Shown: positions 14,345-28,112, numbered from the stretch's first letter. The stretch: 64,000 nucleotides of DNA from Eledone cirrhosa (GCA_964016885.1 OZ024740.1:101432001-101496000); one strand, 5' to 3'. A program made the numbers and translations. Notes: a model not told the origin generated them from the letters alone.

Positions 14345-14560
14345 TGTTGTATTCCTCTCGGTACTCGCAGAGAAAACACAACGAGTTATATCAAATAATT
14401 TGTGTAATTTATATGAAACAAGCAAAACGCCCCTCCTCACAGTAGCAGTCTGTGACCGAGTTTTTAATACCAACGCTGACTGACTGCCCAGGTCACGTGA
14501 TTCATATGCAAATGTGTGAGCACGTGTAAATTGAATAGAAATTTAACAGTCCATACAACA
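14345..14560 (-). repeat. 5' LTR (216 bp)
   Basis: Near-identical to 9773-10013 except a 26-bp indel and small changes; followed by gagtttatTGGCGTCGCC (PBS-like). Confidence 0.9.
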
Positions 14561-17184
14561 ATGAGGTTGTGAGTTCGATTCCCAGTCCATACAACACTTA
14601 TGACATTTCTCGTAGATGAGACAGTGCCTGTAACATCAGGCAGAAGGGATAATATCCATGACGTTAAGTAAAGAGCAGGGCCCTTGACATTTTCTATGGA
14701 AAATGAAAGTGCCCAAGGCATTATCAGGCTATCTCAGATTGGAAACTTTAATGCTGGTCAGCTTGCAATTCTGTACTTAAATGTCTATAAGGATAACAGA
14801 TGGGCAGTGAGCAACCTCTCTATGTAGCTGCTTGGGCTGCCAGAAATACCAACAAAATCTTTTGAATGCAGGGTTGGAGCCAGTGCTATATTTCTGCCAA
14901 ATCAGATTATCTAGTCTGAAATATACTGTCTAAAAAGACTGGATAGTCATGACTGGAATCACTATGGTTTTTGATTTGCTCAATTAGGCTAATGTTTAGA
15001 GATGTTATGTAGCCTGAATAAATGACAATCAATAAATAAAACTATGTACAGATTGAAGATCAATGAAAATCCACTTTGGTCTACAGCTTTTTTAGGTAGA
15101 TAAATAAAGCACAAATCCAATACTGGGACCAGCTCTTCCTCTTTCTACCACATTCTAACACACACACACACACACACACACACTCTCTCTCTCTGTGAAA
15201 GAAATTGACTGTACTCTAACCTGGAGAGGGATGACTCCTGCCAGGTTTTAAAATGCCCAAAACATGCTGTGTTTCAGGACAGTGTTCCTACATTTACATC
15301 ACAGTTTAAGAGTCCTTTACCTTAACTTGGCTACTAATAGCTCATCATTGAATGCCACATACCTATGCCAGTAGAGGATGTTCATCACATGTAGTTTTGT
15401 ATTGATGGCTGCCTCATCCCATGTGTTTTTTATTGTTACTGTTGTGTAGATTAAGAATAGTATTAAAGACATAGTAATTATTAGATGATAACAATGATTA
15501 TAATGACGACATTAAAAGCAATGACGACGGTGTTGATATACTTGTTCTGAACTTCAAAGGTTATCAAATTTAGGTGGAAAAGTAAATAATTTGTTTTCAA
15601 ACACATTGCAGCTAATACGAAGAACTGAAACAACAATTGTATCACCTATACTCACATTATCACTGCTGCTACTACTAATGCTACTACTATAACTACCACT
15701 ACTACAACCACTACAATGACGATTACTACTACTAGATAATAACAATAATAGATCTACAAAGCAACAGTGTTTTGCAATTGCTCCTGGGAATAATCATAAA
15801 ATGATGAATTGCAAGTGCATTTCCATTGATAAAGAAATGAAACAAAACAAATCATCATTATCACTGTTGTTGGTGTTATTAATATTATTATCATTATTAT
15901 TGGGTTTTTTTTCGTTCATTTGATTCCTATGTAAACTACTACACTTTTTGTAACCTGTCCTTGTAAAGTCCTCCTTACACATTGCCCTTGTGGCAATAAA
16001 AGAAAACGTTATTGTTATTGTTGTTGTTCATATTGTTATTACTGTTGTTGTTGTTATTGTTCTTACTGTTGTTGTTGTTGTTGTTATTAAGGCATTAACA
16101 TTATTGCTTTTATTTCAGTATAATTTGGTCCTTCAGTAAGTAATCAAGTAATTGCATGAATGCTTTCCTCTTTGAATACCATATTCTCTAAACTTGGCTT
16201 CCATATGTTCTGAGAAGTTTTGGAATATATAAATGTATGTTTGTCTGTGTATGTATATGTTCATTTGTGTGTATGTACTCTTATGTTTTTGCTTTTGTTA
16301 TTGGTTGGTGAGGGGAGGGGGTTAGCTTTACTTTCTACCTTCAACAGTAACTTTTTTTTGCTGTTACCTCATTGATTCTAGGGTGAAAGTATAATGGAAG
16401 TGAGAGAAAAAAAACTATATTTTTTTTAATTTGTGTATTTGTTCATCATTTAGTTTACTTCATAAAACATACATTTTTTTCTTTTTAATATTTTTCATAT
16501 GAAATTACATTCCCTGTTCATGTAAAACAGACTTATATAATACTAAATCTAGCAAACAGAGAAAGATATTATCTTATGAGTTTAGTTTGATCCTTCTTGA
16601 TCTTTAAATATCACATCTGTCATGTTTTCTGGAATGAATAATCTGCTATAATCTATTCTTCCACAATGAACTTCACTAAATGCTCTCTGTCATATATGTA
16701 ATTTTTATTGAGGAGCAAAGTTAAGTGTCCAAGCAAAGTAGATTGCTGGTAAGCACTTAGCAAGCTGTATTTATATTGCAGGTTCTATTCCTAATTGAGC
16801 CATATCATCTCAGGCTTTTTTATATGTCATTTTGCAGCCAGTAAAAGTATATGAGTCCACATTGCTTTGTTAATGTGTGTTCCAGTTTTTTCAGTCAACG
16901 TAATAGTTTATTCATTAAATGAATGCATATGTAGCTGGATCCTTAACATAAACCTCTAGTTAAATCAGCATGACACAGCAGAAAGGTTTGATTTTTGAAT
17001 TACTGGTACAGCCCACCATATTGTCCTTGACTCTAGCAAAAGATACTTCAAAATGCTAAGCAGTGGGATTAAATTTGACATCTCAACAGTATGAAGCAAA
17101 CTTCTTAACTATTCCCAATGCGGCCATTGTCAATAGCTTGAAGGGAATTTTCATTCAAGAACTTGTTTGGTCGATGAAACGGTT

Positions 17185-17400
17185 TTCAATTTTAGCACAA
17201 GGCTAGCAATTTGGGGTCACAGCAAAGTCAATTATATCAACTTCAGTATTTGACAAATATTTCATTTTTATCAACCTCAGAAGGGTGGAAGGCAAAGTTG
17301 ACCTTGGTGGGATTTGAAACCAGAACATAGAGGGCCATAACAATATAATACAATGCATTTCATTTGACACACTAACAATTCTATCAATCCATTACCATCG
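17185..17400 (-). mobile_element. Diverged SINE (family B)
   Basis: cacaaggc..agcaat, aaggcaaagttgacc..gggatttgaa. Confidence 0.5.
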
Positions 17401-18583
17401 ACTTGGCCATAAAATAAAACTAAGACTACATCGTTCAGTGATCAGGCAATGAGTTATAAAAAAGTGTCATTTCATTACAAAATTATTTTGAGTTGTTTGA
17501 CTCTGGTCTTGCATCTCTGTGCTGTCTTGTTCATTTGGTAGCAAGTGCATGGAAGATATAATGCAAATAGGACATACAATAGGTGGAAGAGCAGGTACAT
17601 CAGTCCAGGGTCCAGATACCCTTGAGGTTTAAGACAAACTACCCCCAGGCCATCCTGAGGGCCCCAAAGCAGTTGTGTCCTACCTACAAAATTTCCTTCC
17701 TGAAAGCAAAGTATGCCTCCTGCCAGAATGAAAGCTGTATTATTTGGTCATTAGATCCAGACATACTTCTCTCCAAATTTGTTCAATATAATGGCCAATA
17801 GACTATTAATAGGCTCCCTACTATTTCTTGTATAGAAGAAAACTCATTAATTAATAGTAAAAAGAAACAGTACTTTTGTAGATTTTTCTCTTACTCAATG
17901 CATCATCATTACCTTTATATATTGATTACAATTTGCACTTGCCACATGTATGTACACGCATTAATATGCATGTATTTGTGTATATATGTGTATGTGTGCA
18001 TACTTGTATTTATATGTACATACCCATGCAAGCATGGAAAACGTATGTAAAAATGATGAGGAAAATTTGGCTGATATGTTTATGTATATATGTCTGGATA
18101 TTGTTAGTATTTTCAAAAGGTAACGAGATTGTAAAGCATACTTCTCTCCAAATGCTTAATATTTAGTGAAAGGAAATACCTCATTCAGTGTTTATGGAAT
18201 ATTCCATCAAATTATTGGAGTTAAAGAGAAAGTAGTATGGTTTAAAAAACATACAAACATTTTGCATGCTTAAATCATTTTCTTTTTCGATTAATTCAAT
18301 TTCTTCAAAGCTATTTTATGTGCAGACAACTTAGCTTTTCTTGAAAATTTAATGGTAGGGAAATCTTATGTGAGACGATAGAAAATTCACATTGATTAGA
18401 AACAATAACTATGAAGAAATGAAAGAAAGGAAACAATGAGCAGAAGCAGGAGGAAATGAGAAGAAAGAATTAGATTAATGATAAAATATTTCGAAATCAA
18501 TTATTATATCAAAATTATTTTTTCATTTTTATCTACTCCTCTCTCTCCCATTCTCACTCTCTCTTGATATGTATTTATATATA

Positions 18584-18585
<2 letters not shown>

Positions 18586-18629
<44 letters not shown>

Positions 18630-18633
18630 ACAC

Positions 18634-18679
<46 letters not shown>

Positions 18680-18683
18680 ACAC

Positions 18684-18739
<56 letters not shown>

Positions 18740-18745
18740 ATACAC

Positions 18746-18789
<44 letters not shown>

Positions 18790-18841
18790 ACACACATACA
18801 TGTATATCATCATATATATATATATATATGTATGTATGCAC

Positions 18842-18897
<56 letters not shown>

Positions 18898-18909
18898 ACA
18901 CACACATGC

Positions 18910-18940
<31 letters not shown>
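18586..18940. repeat. Compound minisatellite: (TA)n-TGTATACACACATACATG units
   Basis: About 7 recurrences of the interrupting motif within (TA)n. Confidence 0.85.
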
Positions 18941-18942
<2 letters not shown>

Positions 18943-19555
18943 ATTTTTTTATACCTGTAGATTTTAACAATACTGTATAATAAGAGTCAATGTTAAAATT
19001 TCTAAACATTTCAATGCTCATATTTCTATGAAGAAATGAGTTAAATTACATAATATTTTAGAGAAAAATAATTTGAGAATTCTACTATTATCAGTTTGGT
19101 TTTATATATTTATTTTTGACATACTATCTCATCTCACAATATTTAATGCATATCTGTTTTATATTTTTTAACCAATTCAGAGGGGAAATTAGCTAATTCT
19201 AGTTACTATATTTAAAATAGTAAATTCTGAATTGAGTTTAACAACAAATATGAAAATAATAGTGTGGGAGAGGATAGCTTATATTACTTTCTTTCATCAT
19301 GATGCTGATCATTATAGTGGCTGTAGTTGTAGTGGTGGTGGTGGTGGCAGTGTCAGTAATGTTTTTGTTGGTAGTGGTGGTATTGGCAGCGATGTTGGTG
19401 TTGGAAAACAAAATTTACATTTTGCAGAGACAGTCAGCTTATTTTTTCCAGCGAATTTGTTCTGGGAAGAAAAATTGTTTTTACTTTCAGGAACAATTTC
19501 TCATTTTCTCTGATATATATTTTTGAACTCAGGCATTATATATATATAGAGAGAG

Positions 19556-19770
19556 AGGAAAATGTTTAACCCCGACGGCAGAGCTCAAGCCGTTTCAACG
19601 GCTATTTCTGGACTTCATGTTGTAGTCCAGAAATAGCCGTCGAAACGGCTTGAGCTCTGCCGTCGGGGTTAAACATTTTCCTATTACCCACTCTACTACC
19701 CTAAGTATTGAGTACTCTGGTGCGTTATGGTCCATCTGGTTCCTTACCACACTTCCTTCGTTATATATAT
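19556..19770 (+). mobile_element. Fold-back, ORF-less PLE-like cassette (family of 23325-23410 and 56211-56470) containing the 3' half of a hammerhead
   Basis: 59-bp inverted repeat 19556-19682; GAAA-CGGC..GCCG-TC-GGGGT at 19642-19669; (TA)/(GA) flanks. Confidence 0.7.
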
Positions 19771-21589
19771 AAATATATATAGAGAGAGAGATAAAATTAT
19801 ATATAATTTTAAATGTAAATATCTCAGGCACTACCACCATATACGGGGAATTAATGTTGACAAATTTTGAGGAATAAATCTTGTTACTCAACATTAAGCC
19901 TGCTCAGTCTCGTCCTAGACTTTGTAGTTTCTGCGATATTTATAACTCAAATGATATCTAAATTTTTGAAACATCCTGTATATTTATGTATGTGGATGTA
20001 GTTCATTAAAAGTAGAGAGGTTTTGTGCTTCCGACACATCTATGAGTTGTCTCAGTCCATTTTGGGGATACCTTTCTCACCATTTTACATGGTGTATTGA
20101 GTACATTTATTGTGACATTGTCACTAGAGATTGTCATCATTGACTCGACTGAAGAGCCCACTCTACTCTATGGACAGGGGTGGTGAGTTGCTAACTGCAG
20201 AGAGATTTGAGAAAGCTAAGGGTGGTGGATGGGAAGGGTGGTGAATGGGCTTGGAGATCTCCAGCAGTGTGGGAAGTATTGTGGAGAAACAGCTAATATG
20301 GGTCTATAACTGGTGTGTGAGGGTTTGTAAGGTATCTAAAGTATAGTGGGAGGATACTTGGATGGTGATCCTAGGAAGAATGTAGGTGTTAGTATTTAAG
20401 AATGTTAAAGTTGACCTTGGTTAGAGTAGGAGTAGGTGTGTACAGTGATGCTAACGATAATTAGTATGGTGGCGACAGTAATGGTGCTTTGTGGATGATG
20501 GGAAACAATATGCAGCTGTGTGAGGTCAAGCTGGTGGACAGGTTTTCTCCAGCAAAGCATCTCACCTGTTCTTGTGTTCCTTTGTCATCTATGTTGTGAG
20601 ATTCAGCATTTTAAGATCAGCTCAAACTACCTCATTCTATGTCTTCCTGGATGTGCCTCTTCCATGAGTTCCCTCCACAGAGATTTCTCTGCACTTTATA
20701 CAGATATGTTATTTATATATATATATATAAACATACATACATATACATACATTTATATGCATATATATATACAAACATTTATATATACATACATAAGCGG
20801 GTTAAAGAAGTGTGTTTGTTTGTCTGTATTGTTCATTTGTTAGATGGTAGTTTGAGTTGTGGAATGATGCTGTTGAATAAGTGAATTGCTTGTTATTTGA
20901 GTAATTGCAAGTAAGTGAATTCTCTTGGTGAATCAAGAGAAATTTTGCCATGCTCAAGAAAAACAAGTAGTTGTACTCACTTGTTGTGGTGTGAAGTGAC
21001 ATTACCATTGGGAAGATGATTTTCCCAAATCACAAGGATAAGAATTAACAAATGAAAAAGACACTGCTAATTTAAATTGCTTTTATTTTATAATTTGATT
21101 TAAATCAAAATCATAGATAGCAAGTATAGATGCAGTATGTGTGCAATTTAAGATACATTGTGGTAAATTTTACTAGCCTGATAGCAATCTTAGCTAGTTC
21201 TGATTCCAGCAGGGCTGACTAGCAAGAGTGTGTGTCTGTATGTGTCTGTATCTACGTTGCTATACTAGCCAAACAAAATATCTGTTGCGGAGTCGGGAGG
21301 CAGACAGTATTTTGCCAAGTCAAAAAGCAAAATGTGCCCAGGGGGTTGAAATATCTTGTGTATGTCAGATTTAGGTCATCCAGAGGCATTAAACAGATGG
21401 TCTTTTTTACTGTCCTCTCTTCAGACATTTTGGTGCTATGAGCCTTCTACAAGAGAGTATTATCTAAATGTTGGGCCATGTGGTCACACGTCAGTCATTT
21501 GGTTGTGTCTGGCAGGTTAAGAAAACCATTGTAGGAAAAATATGTTGAGATTTCTCTCTCTACACACACAGATATATATATATATACTA

Positions 21590-21860
21590 GGACGGGTAAA
21601 ATTCCTGAGATCCATGGACGAGTTCTCTCCAGCGGTCTCTGTCCCTCATTATCGCTGCCATGTCCTGCGTCTCCAACAGACCAGCGTTTGTCCTTAGGGC
21701 ATCAACATACGTTAACTTTGGTCATCCTCTTCCAGTGTGTCCATGTAGGGCTCCCACAGGAGGACTGAGTGCAATGTCAACTCTGGGTGTCGGTGAGCAT
21801 GTCCAGCTAACCTCAGTCTCTTCTGTGTCACTTTTGAGCTGACTTTTGGGAGGCTCCCAT
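21590..21860 (-). mobile_element. RTE-type LINE 3' fragment (second subfamily)
   Basis: KRLRLAGHAHRHPE...LLWEP. Confidence 0.7.
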
Positions 21861-22890
21861 ACATATATATATATAAGCTCGACTTTGAGAGTGTGAGCAT
21901 GTGGTTGTTATATGAGTGCGAAAATAAAAATCTTGCAATTGTGTTGAAAAACATAGCAACATCACACCAATTGTATAAACTTCCGTTTGTTCTGAATGGA
22001 GTCTATTTACCATATTATCATCTGTTCAAATTCTCATTGGGATTATTATGATTAAATAGAAGAACACTTTGACAACTTCAAATGATTTAGTGATCTACAC
22101 GACAGTATTTATAAATAGATTGAATAAACTCTCTGATAGTTTTCATATATTTGGACACAAGAATTAAGTCAACTAGAAACACCTGTACATCTCTTGTTTA
22201 CCCACTTCTCTTTTATTTTTATATTTCTAGAAGTTTATCATCAATTCAAATATTTATTGTAATATTATTGGCATTGTTTTTGTTGTTAGCATCGTTCTTA
22301 TCATCATCATTATCATTGTTGCCATCAGCAACCTCATCTTTCATTTACTGATTAGAAACAAGACCGCCATTAAATAAAATAAAAATGCTCTCTTTCGGAA
22401 CGCTAACAAGAAAGAACTTTGTATCACTGTTTGATAATGAAAGTTTAAATTAAATGAACTCTATAATGACACTGTTTAATGAACCAAGAATATTGTTATA
22501 TTTGTAATTCTATAACTGTTAAGAAAAATAAAGGTGTTAATTTTGGGGTCATTTGATAACTAGTGTTTATATCTTTTGTTCTTCCCTTTATCTCTCTCTA
22601 AATATTCAATACTTTAACATAAGCTGATGTTATTATTGGTTAATTTTTCTGACTGAGTTGGAAAATGTCTAGATCTGACAAGGGTCTCTTGATTTCAAAC
22701 ATAATTGTTTCTATCCAAAGAAAATGATAAAATTAACTGCCTGGAGAATCATAATAAATAATAGGTACTGGCTTGGCTGCTTGGTTAAGAATTTTTCTTT
22801 GCAACTATATGATTTCAGGTTCTATTTCATCATAAGATAACTTAGCCAAATGCTTTCTACTATAGCCTCAAGCTTGTATACATATCTATA

Positions 22891-23081
22891 ATAATTGTTT
22901 CTACTTTTGACACAAGGCCAGCAATTATCCAGTGCATTACTGGTACTTTATTTTATCGACCCTGTAAGGATGAAAGGCAAAGTTAACCTCGGCGGGATTT
23001 GAACTCAGAATGGCAAGGGCCGTAACTCTATGCGTCAAAGCACGGCGGCCGACCCTCTACCGTTACTGCGAATCCACCGCC
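22891..23081 (-). mobile_element. tRNA-derived SINE (family B), full copy
   Basis: Minus-strand head GGCGGTGGATT..GGTAGAG, B box GAGTTCAAATCC; many copies in the window. Confidence 0.8.
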
Positions 23082-23278
23082 ATACATATCTATAATAATG
23101 GATGCAAATTACTGAGTGTGTCCAAAAAATAATCTTCTTGTAGATGATATCAGCTACCGGAAATAACATATCACATGGTAATATATCCGAGGGAGAAATC
23201 AAATTGCATTAGAGTGAATTAAAATTACTGCTGTGCCTAAAAATGTTATCTTCACCTTTAAAACTACCCAGTCACCAA

Positions 23279-23322
<44 letters not shown>

Positions 23323-23324
23323 TA

Positions 23325-23410
23325 TAACGAAAGAAATGTGGTAAGGAACCAGGTGGACCATAACGCACCAAAGTACTCAATACTTAGGGTAGTAGAGTGG
23401 GTAATAGGAA
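23325..23410 (-). repeat. 3' terminal fragment of the 19556/56281 cassette family
   Basis: gtggtaaggaaccaggtgg..cataacgcacca..agtactcaatacttagggtagtagagtggg next to (TA)n. Confidence 0.8.
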
Positions 23411-23979
23411 CCAGTAATATATATATACATAATCTTACATCCATTTTCCCCACTAGCAAGGGTTTCCCGGGTCTTCAAAGACCAAGTTAGTACTGAAGTG
23501 GGGCTACTGACCTCCCAGACAGTCTATGGGTTCACATCTTGCTTATGTTCTACCAAGTGTATTTTATTGTGGCATCAGCACTAGATTGGTTGTTGATCAT
23601 TGTCCCAACTGGAAAACTGGGATTTGGGAGCAGGGCAATAGGTATGAAGTTATCGATGTATTGCCAATTTTGTGAGATTTGACAGGGTGATGAATAGAGA
23701 GAAGGGTGACTAATAGTTTATATATATATACATAAAAGGAAAATTGTTAAAATCAAATACGACATGCAGTGTAGATATTTTGTCTTGTTTTATTGTCCAG
23801 TGTCCATTCATTCTGAATTGCTATCTTTTGGGGGATTTTATTGATGCACTGGGAAGATTTGACATGTCTTTTGAATGATCTGAAACTATAATGATTCTCA
23901 GAAGACAGCTGATGTGTGGGAAGTATCCTTTCTGAGTTTTCTGTTTTCTTTATATTCCCCACTAGTTTTTTGAAAACTG

Positions 23980-24013
<34 letters not shown>

Positions 24014-24166
24014 GTATGCTGAAAAGATAGGCTAGCTATGAAATAGTGATGCTAGAGCTGTGAAATAAATTAATTGTTTCTTTCTGGTGACTATGTTAAA
24101 AAATAAACTTCATTTGGTCATTTCATGAGAGTATCTTGTCAATTATGAACTTTTCAACTGGCCTTC

Positions 24167-24213
<47 letters not shown>

Positions 24214-24286
24214 AAAAGCAAACAACACAGTACAATGCAAAAAATATACTATTAGTTTTACGCTTGATATCGTAGAAAAAGAGTCT

Positions 24287-24313
24287 TAACGTTTCGGACG
24301 CTAGTCCTTCATC
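24287..24313 (-). ncRNA. Truncated minimal (PLE-type) hammerhead ribozyme
   Basis: GATGA-A-GGAC-tagc-GTCC-GAAA-CG-TT; the CT of the core and the stem I 5' arm are replaced by (GA)n. Confidence 0.55.
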
Positions 24314-24761
24314 TCTCTCTTTCTCTCTCTCTTGACTGTTATGAAAGGATACTGGTAGTCATCATTAACCCTAGTCTATATGTATTGTAGATGTTGTCTA
24401 GAAAATTTAGAATAGTTTACCTTTGAATTTTATTTCCTCTCTCGTATATTTAAAAGTTAGTTGGTCTCCTGTCCCCATCCTGGAGGCTTGTCAGACCAAA
24501 GCTTATTTTGAATTTATTCACATTATGTGACTGAAAGAACAAGACTCCCTCCTTGGCAGGACAATTGTCTCTTACATGGTCAACTCCTAACTGTTGATGG
24601 TAGTTGTTTTCAGTTAATTAGAGTGGAGCCTTGTGGAATGAAACATCTTGCACCAGAATACACAGTTCAAGAAAGGCATTTAGCTGTAAGACACTGTCTC
24701 TCATAGGACTTAGTGTGGGCCTGCAAGTGTCTAACCCCTGCTTTAGTAGAGAAAATCACCT

Positions 24762-25758
24762 TAAAATGCTTGAAGGACAAAGAGTTATTTTATCAGAGTT
24801 GAATAAATTTCATTTGCTACTAGGAATTACTGGGTTATTCCTGGTCTTCAGGATAGGTACACCCTATTCCTATATGCCATAAGAGACAACTGATAGGGTT
24901 GGTAACAAATGGAAAAAAAAACCTGCCACAAAAATGCAGTCCAACCCAAGCAAGTATGAAAAAATTGACATAAAAATTATGTGATGTGATAAATATTTCA
25001 GATGGGAAATGAATTTTTTTGTTTTTGTTTTGTTTTTTTTTTCTTTTTCATTCTCTGGGATCTACTTTTCTGAAAGGGAAGATTGCTGTAACTAACAGCA
25101 ATAGAAAAATCAAGAGATTTGTTAACGTTTCTCTCATTCTTTCTTTTGAAAGGATATATCTAACCTATGTTGCTTAGTTTAAAAGTACTGGTTTACATAT
25201 TTTTGCTTTCCATTGCAAAATATTTTTTAAACAACAAAAGACATATATTCTCTACAGAAAGCTGTGTAAAAAAAGAAAGTCGAAAATGAAAATTTGAATG
25301 AATAAAAATTTAAAATCACAAGAGAGAGTTTTTTTTGTATTTTTATTAGAAATATGATTTGATATAAAATTGAGAATACTCATATCTTTCACTTTATGTT
25401 GGCAGTCTAATTTAAATACATACATTCACACACCCACACACATTTATATCTATACACATACATTCATATATGTACATATATACAAACACATATGTGCATA
25501 TATATATACACATAAATATATTTATGTTTATACATCTATGCATATAGTATAAAATGCTTGAAGGACGAAGAGTTATTTTATCAGAGTTGAATAAATTTCA
25601 TTTGCCACTAGGAATTACTGGGTTATTCCTGGTCTTCAGGATAGGTACACCCTATCCCTATATGCCATAAGAGACAACTGATAGGGTTGGTAACAAATTG
25701 AAAAAAAAAACTGCCACAAAAATGCAGTCCAACCCAAGCAACTATGGAAAAATTGACA
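24762..25758 (+). repeat. Direct repeat pair of about 209 bp (24762-24970 and 25550-25758)
   Basis: Near-identical sequence aaaatgcttgaaggac...aaaattgaca. Confidence 0.85.
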
Positions 25759-25774
25759 GTCTTAGTCTTAGATT

Positions 25775-26215
25775 CTTCCGCACCATTCAGCGCATCGAGC
25801 AGTAACTGGTCGCCAACGGTCACGATCAGCAGCAACTTTTTCGAGACCATGCCAGGTGATGTTGGCTGCCATCAGGTCCTTCCGGAACGTTCATCGTCAG
25901 GTGATACTTGGGTAACCCCGCCTCCGTTTACCGCCAGGCAGAGTCCAGTTAATTGCTGTTTTCGAATGCCTTTCATTTGGCAGACACAGAATATGGCCAG
26001 CCAGCCGGCACCGTCGCTCCGTGACCACTCTCTGTAGCGTGCATGACTCAGCTCTCTGCAGGAACTGCTCGTTTCACACTCGGTCGCGCCAGGACACACA
26101 AAGGATCTTTCGCAGGCCCCGCTGGTGGAAAGCATTCGGCCGTCTCTCTACTTTTTCCGTACTCTTCCCGGTCTCGCTCGCATAAAGCACTGTCGGCAGC
26201 ACGATGCTTTTGTCC
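25775..26215 (-). mobile_element. RTE-type LINE 3' fragment (third subfamily)
   Basis: [11 protein letters not shown]...[18 protein letters not shown]. Confidence 0.7.
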
Positions 26216-26356
26216 ATATATGTATATATAAATATATGTATATATAAATATATACATACATATATATATATACATATATGTATATAATTATATATATACA
26301 TATATAAATATATGTATATATATATATATATGTGTGTAGGTATATGTATGCCTATG

Positions 26357-28112
26357 TCATCATCATCATCATCATCACCGCTAGCATGGGTTAGACAGTT
26401 TGTCCTGTTGTGGGCAGAGTCTGGTCGGCTGACCATGCCTTGCTCGTACAGGAACTGATCTGGCTTGATTTCTACAGCTGGATGCCCTTCCTAACACCAA
26501 CCTCATTTACAGTGAGTGCTGGGTGCTTTTTTGTGGAGCCTACACGTCCACTTTACAGTGTGGGCTGGGTGCTTTTTTGCCGTGGCACCTCCACCACCAC
26601 CTTGCAGTGGGGAGTGTTGGGGCATATTGTCTATATGCTTCAGCTTGTACCCATGGGAGGTCGGGTACTCTGTATTACTGCATGACGCCAGAGGTCACGG
26701 TCGTGTGTCATCGCATTTGAGAGGTGTAATTGGGTAAGGTTGGCTTTTATCACCTCATTCCAGGTCATCTTGGGTCTCCCCACTCCGCAGTTTCCATCGA
26801 CTTCTAGTGCTCTGCACCTTTTTATGCAGCTGTCATCCTTCATACGCATCACATGTCCATACCAGCACAACCGCCTCTCCTGCACACAGCATTTGATTCC
26901 TCTTATGCTCAGTCTCTCTCTCAATTCATTTATGCTTTGTCGTTCGCGTATATTACTGTTACACATCCATCAGAGCATGCAGGCTTCGTTTCTCTCTAAT
27001 CTACGTAAGTCTTCCACCTTCAGCGCCCAGGTTTCACTACCATGCAACATCGCTGTTCAGATACATGCATCATACAGTCTGCATTTCATTTTGAGGGAGA
27101 AGCCTTTTGCAGCTAGCAGTGGTAGTAGTTCCCTAAACTTCTTCCATCCCGTTCTTACCCTAGTTATTGTACTTTCTGAATACCCACCTCCGCTGCTAAT
27201 TCGGTCACCTAGGTAGCAGAAGCTGTGTACTGTTTCTACAGAGCCCTCTCAGAGATTGGTGGTACTTGTTTCCTGTGGCTGTTTGCTGCTTGCTGTCCTA
27301 GCACAGCTGCTGCATGTGAAGCCTACATTCTTAATTAAGCTTCCTGAGATCCCGCTACATCTCTTGTGTATCCATTGTTTGCATTTGGGGCAGAGAATGG
27401 AGTTCCTACCTACACCTTTCCTACATACTGTGCAAGGCCATTTCCCTGAGGGGATCTGGGTTCTGTTCTCTCGTCTACTTACAAGGACCTTAGTCTTAGT
27501 CATGTTGACTTTGAGACCCTTTCTTTCTAGTCCCTGCTTCCAAGTTTGGAATTTCTTCTCTAGTTCTACCATAGATTCAGCTATAAGTGCGGGGTCATCA
27601 GCATACAGGAGTTCCCATGGGCATCTGGTCTTAAACTTCTCCGTTATTTCCTGCAGGACTATGATGAACAGGAGGGGGCTAAGAACAGAGCCCTGGTGGA
27701 CCCCAAACTGTACGCTAAATTCCTCGCTATACTCATTGCTAATCCTAACTTTGCTGACTGCTCCCCTATACATGGCTTGTACCGCTTTCACAAGCCATTC
27801 ATCTACTCCTACTTTTCTAAGAGCCCACCAGATTACAGCACGTGGAACTCTGTCAAAGACTTTCTCAAGGTCGACAAATGCCAGGTAGAGTGGCTTACTT
27901 TTAGCTAGGTACTTTTCCTGTAACCTCCTCACAAGGAAGAGGGCATCAGTGGTGCCTCTTCCTGGTACAAACCCAAATTGCATCTCGTCTAGTTTCACCC
28001 GGTCCCTAATCAACTGTGCTATAACTCTTTCTGTTACTTTCATGACCTGGTCCATTAACTTTATACCTCTATAGTTTCCTCTATCTAGTGTATCACCTTT
28101 ACCTTTGTAGAA
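26357..28112 (-). mobile_element. RTE LINE, 5'-truncated (RT plus 3' UTR, (ATG)n tail)
   Basis: QFGFVPGRGTTDA, DLEKVFD, GVHQGSVLSP, YADD, CTVC..CPKC..H..C. Confidence 0.92.

Larger units (their letters stand above)
9773..14560 (-). mobile_element. Ty3/Gypsy LTR retrotransposon (Mag-like), near full length, frameshifted
   Basis: Two LTRs with TGTTGT...ACAACA ends; gag-PR-RT-RH-IN order; PPT; PBS-like TGGCG. Confidence 0.95.
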
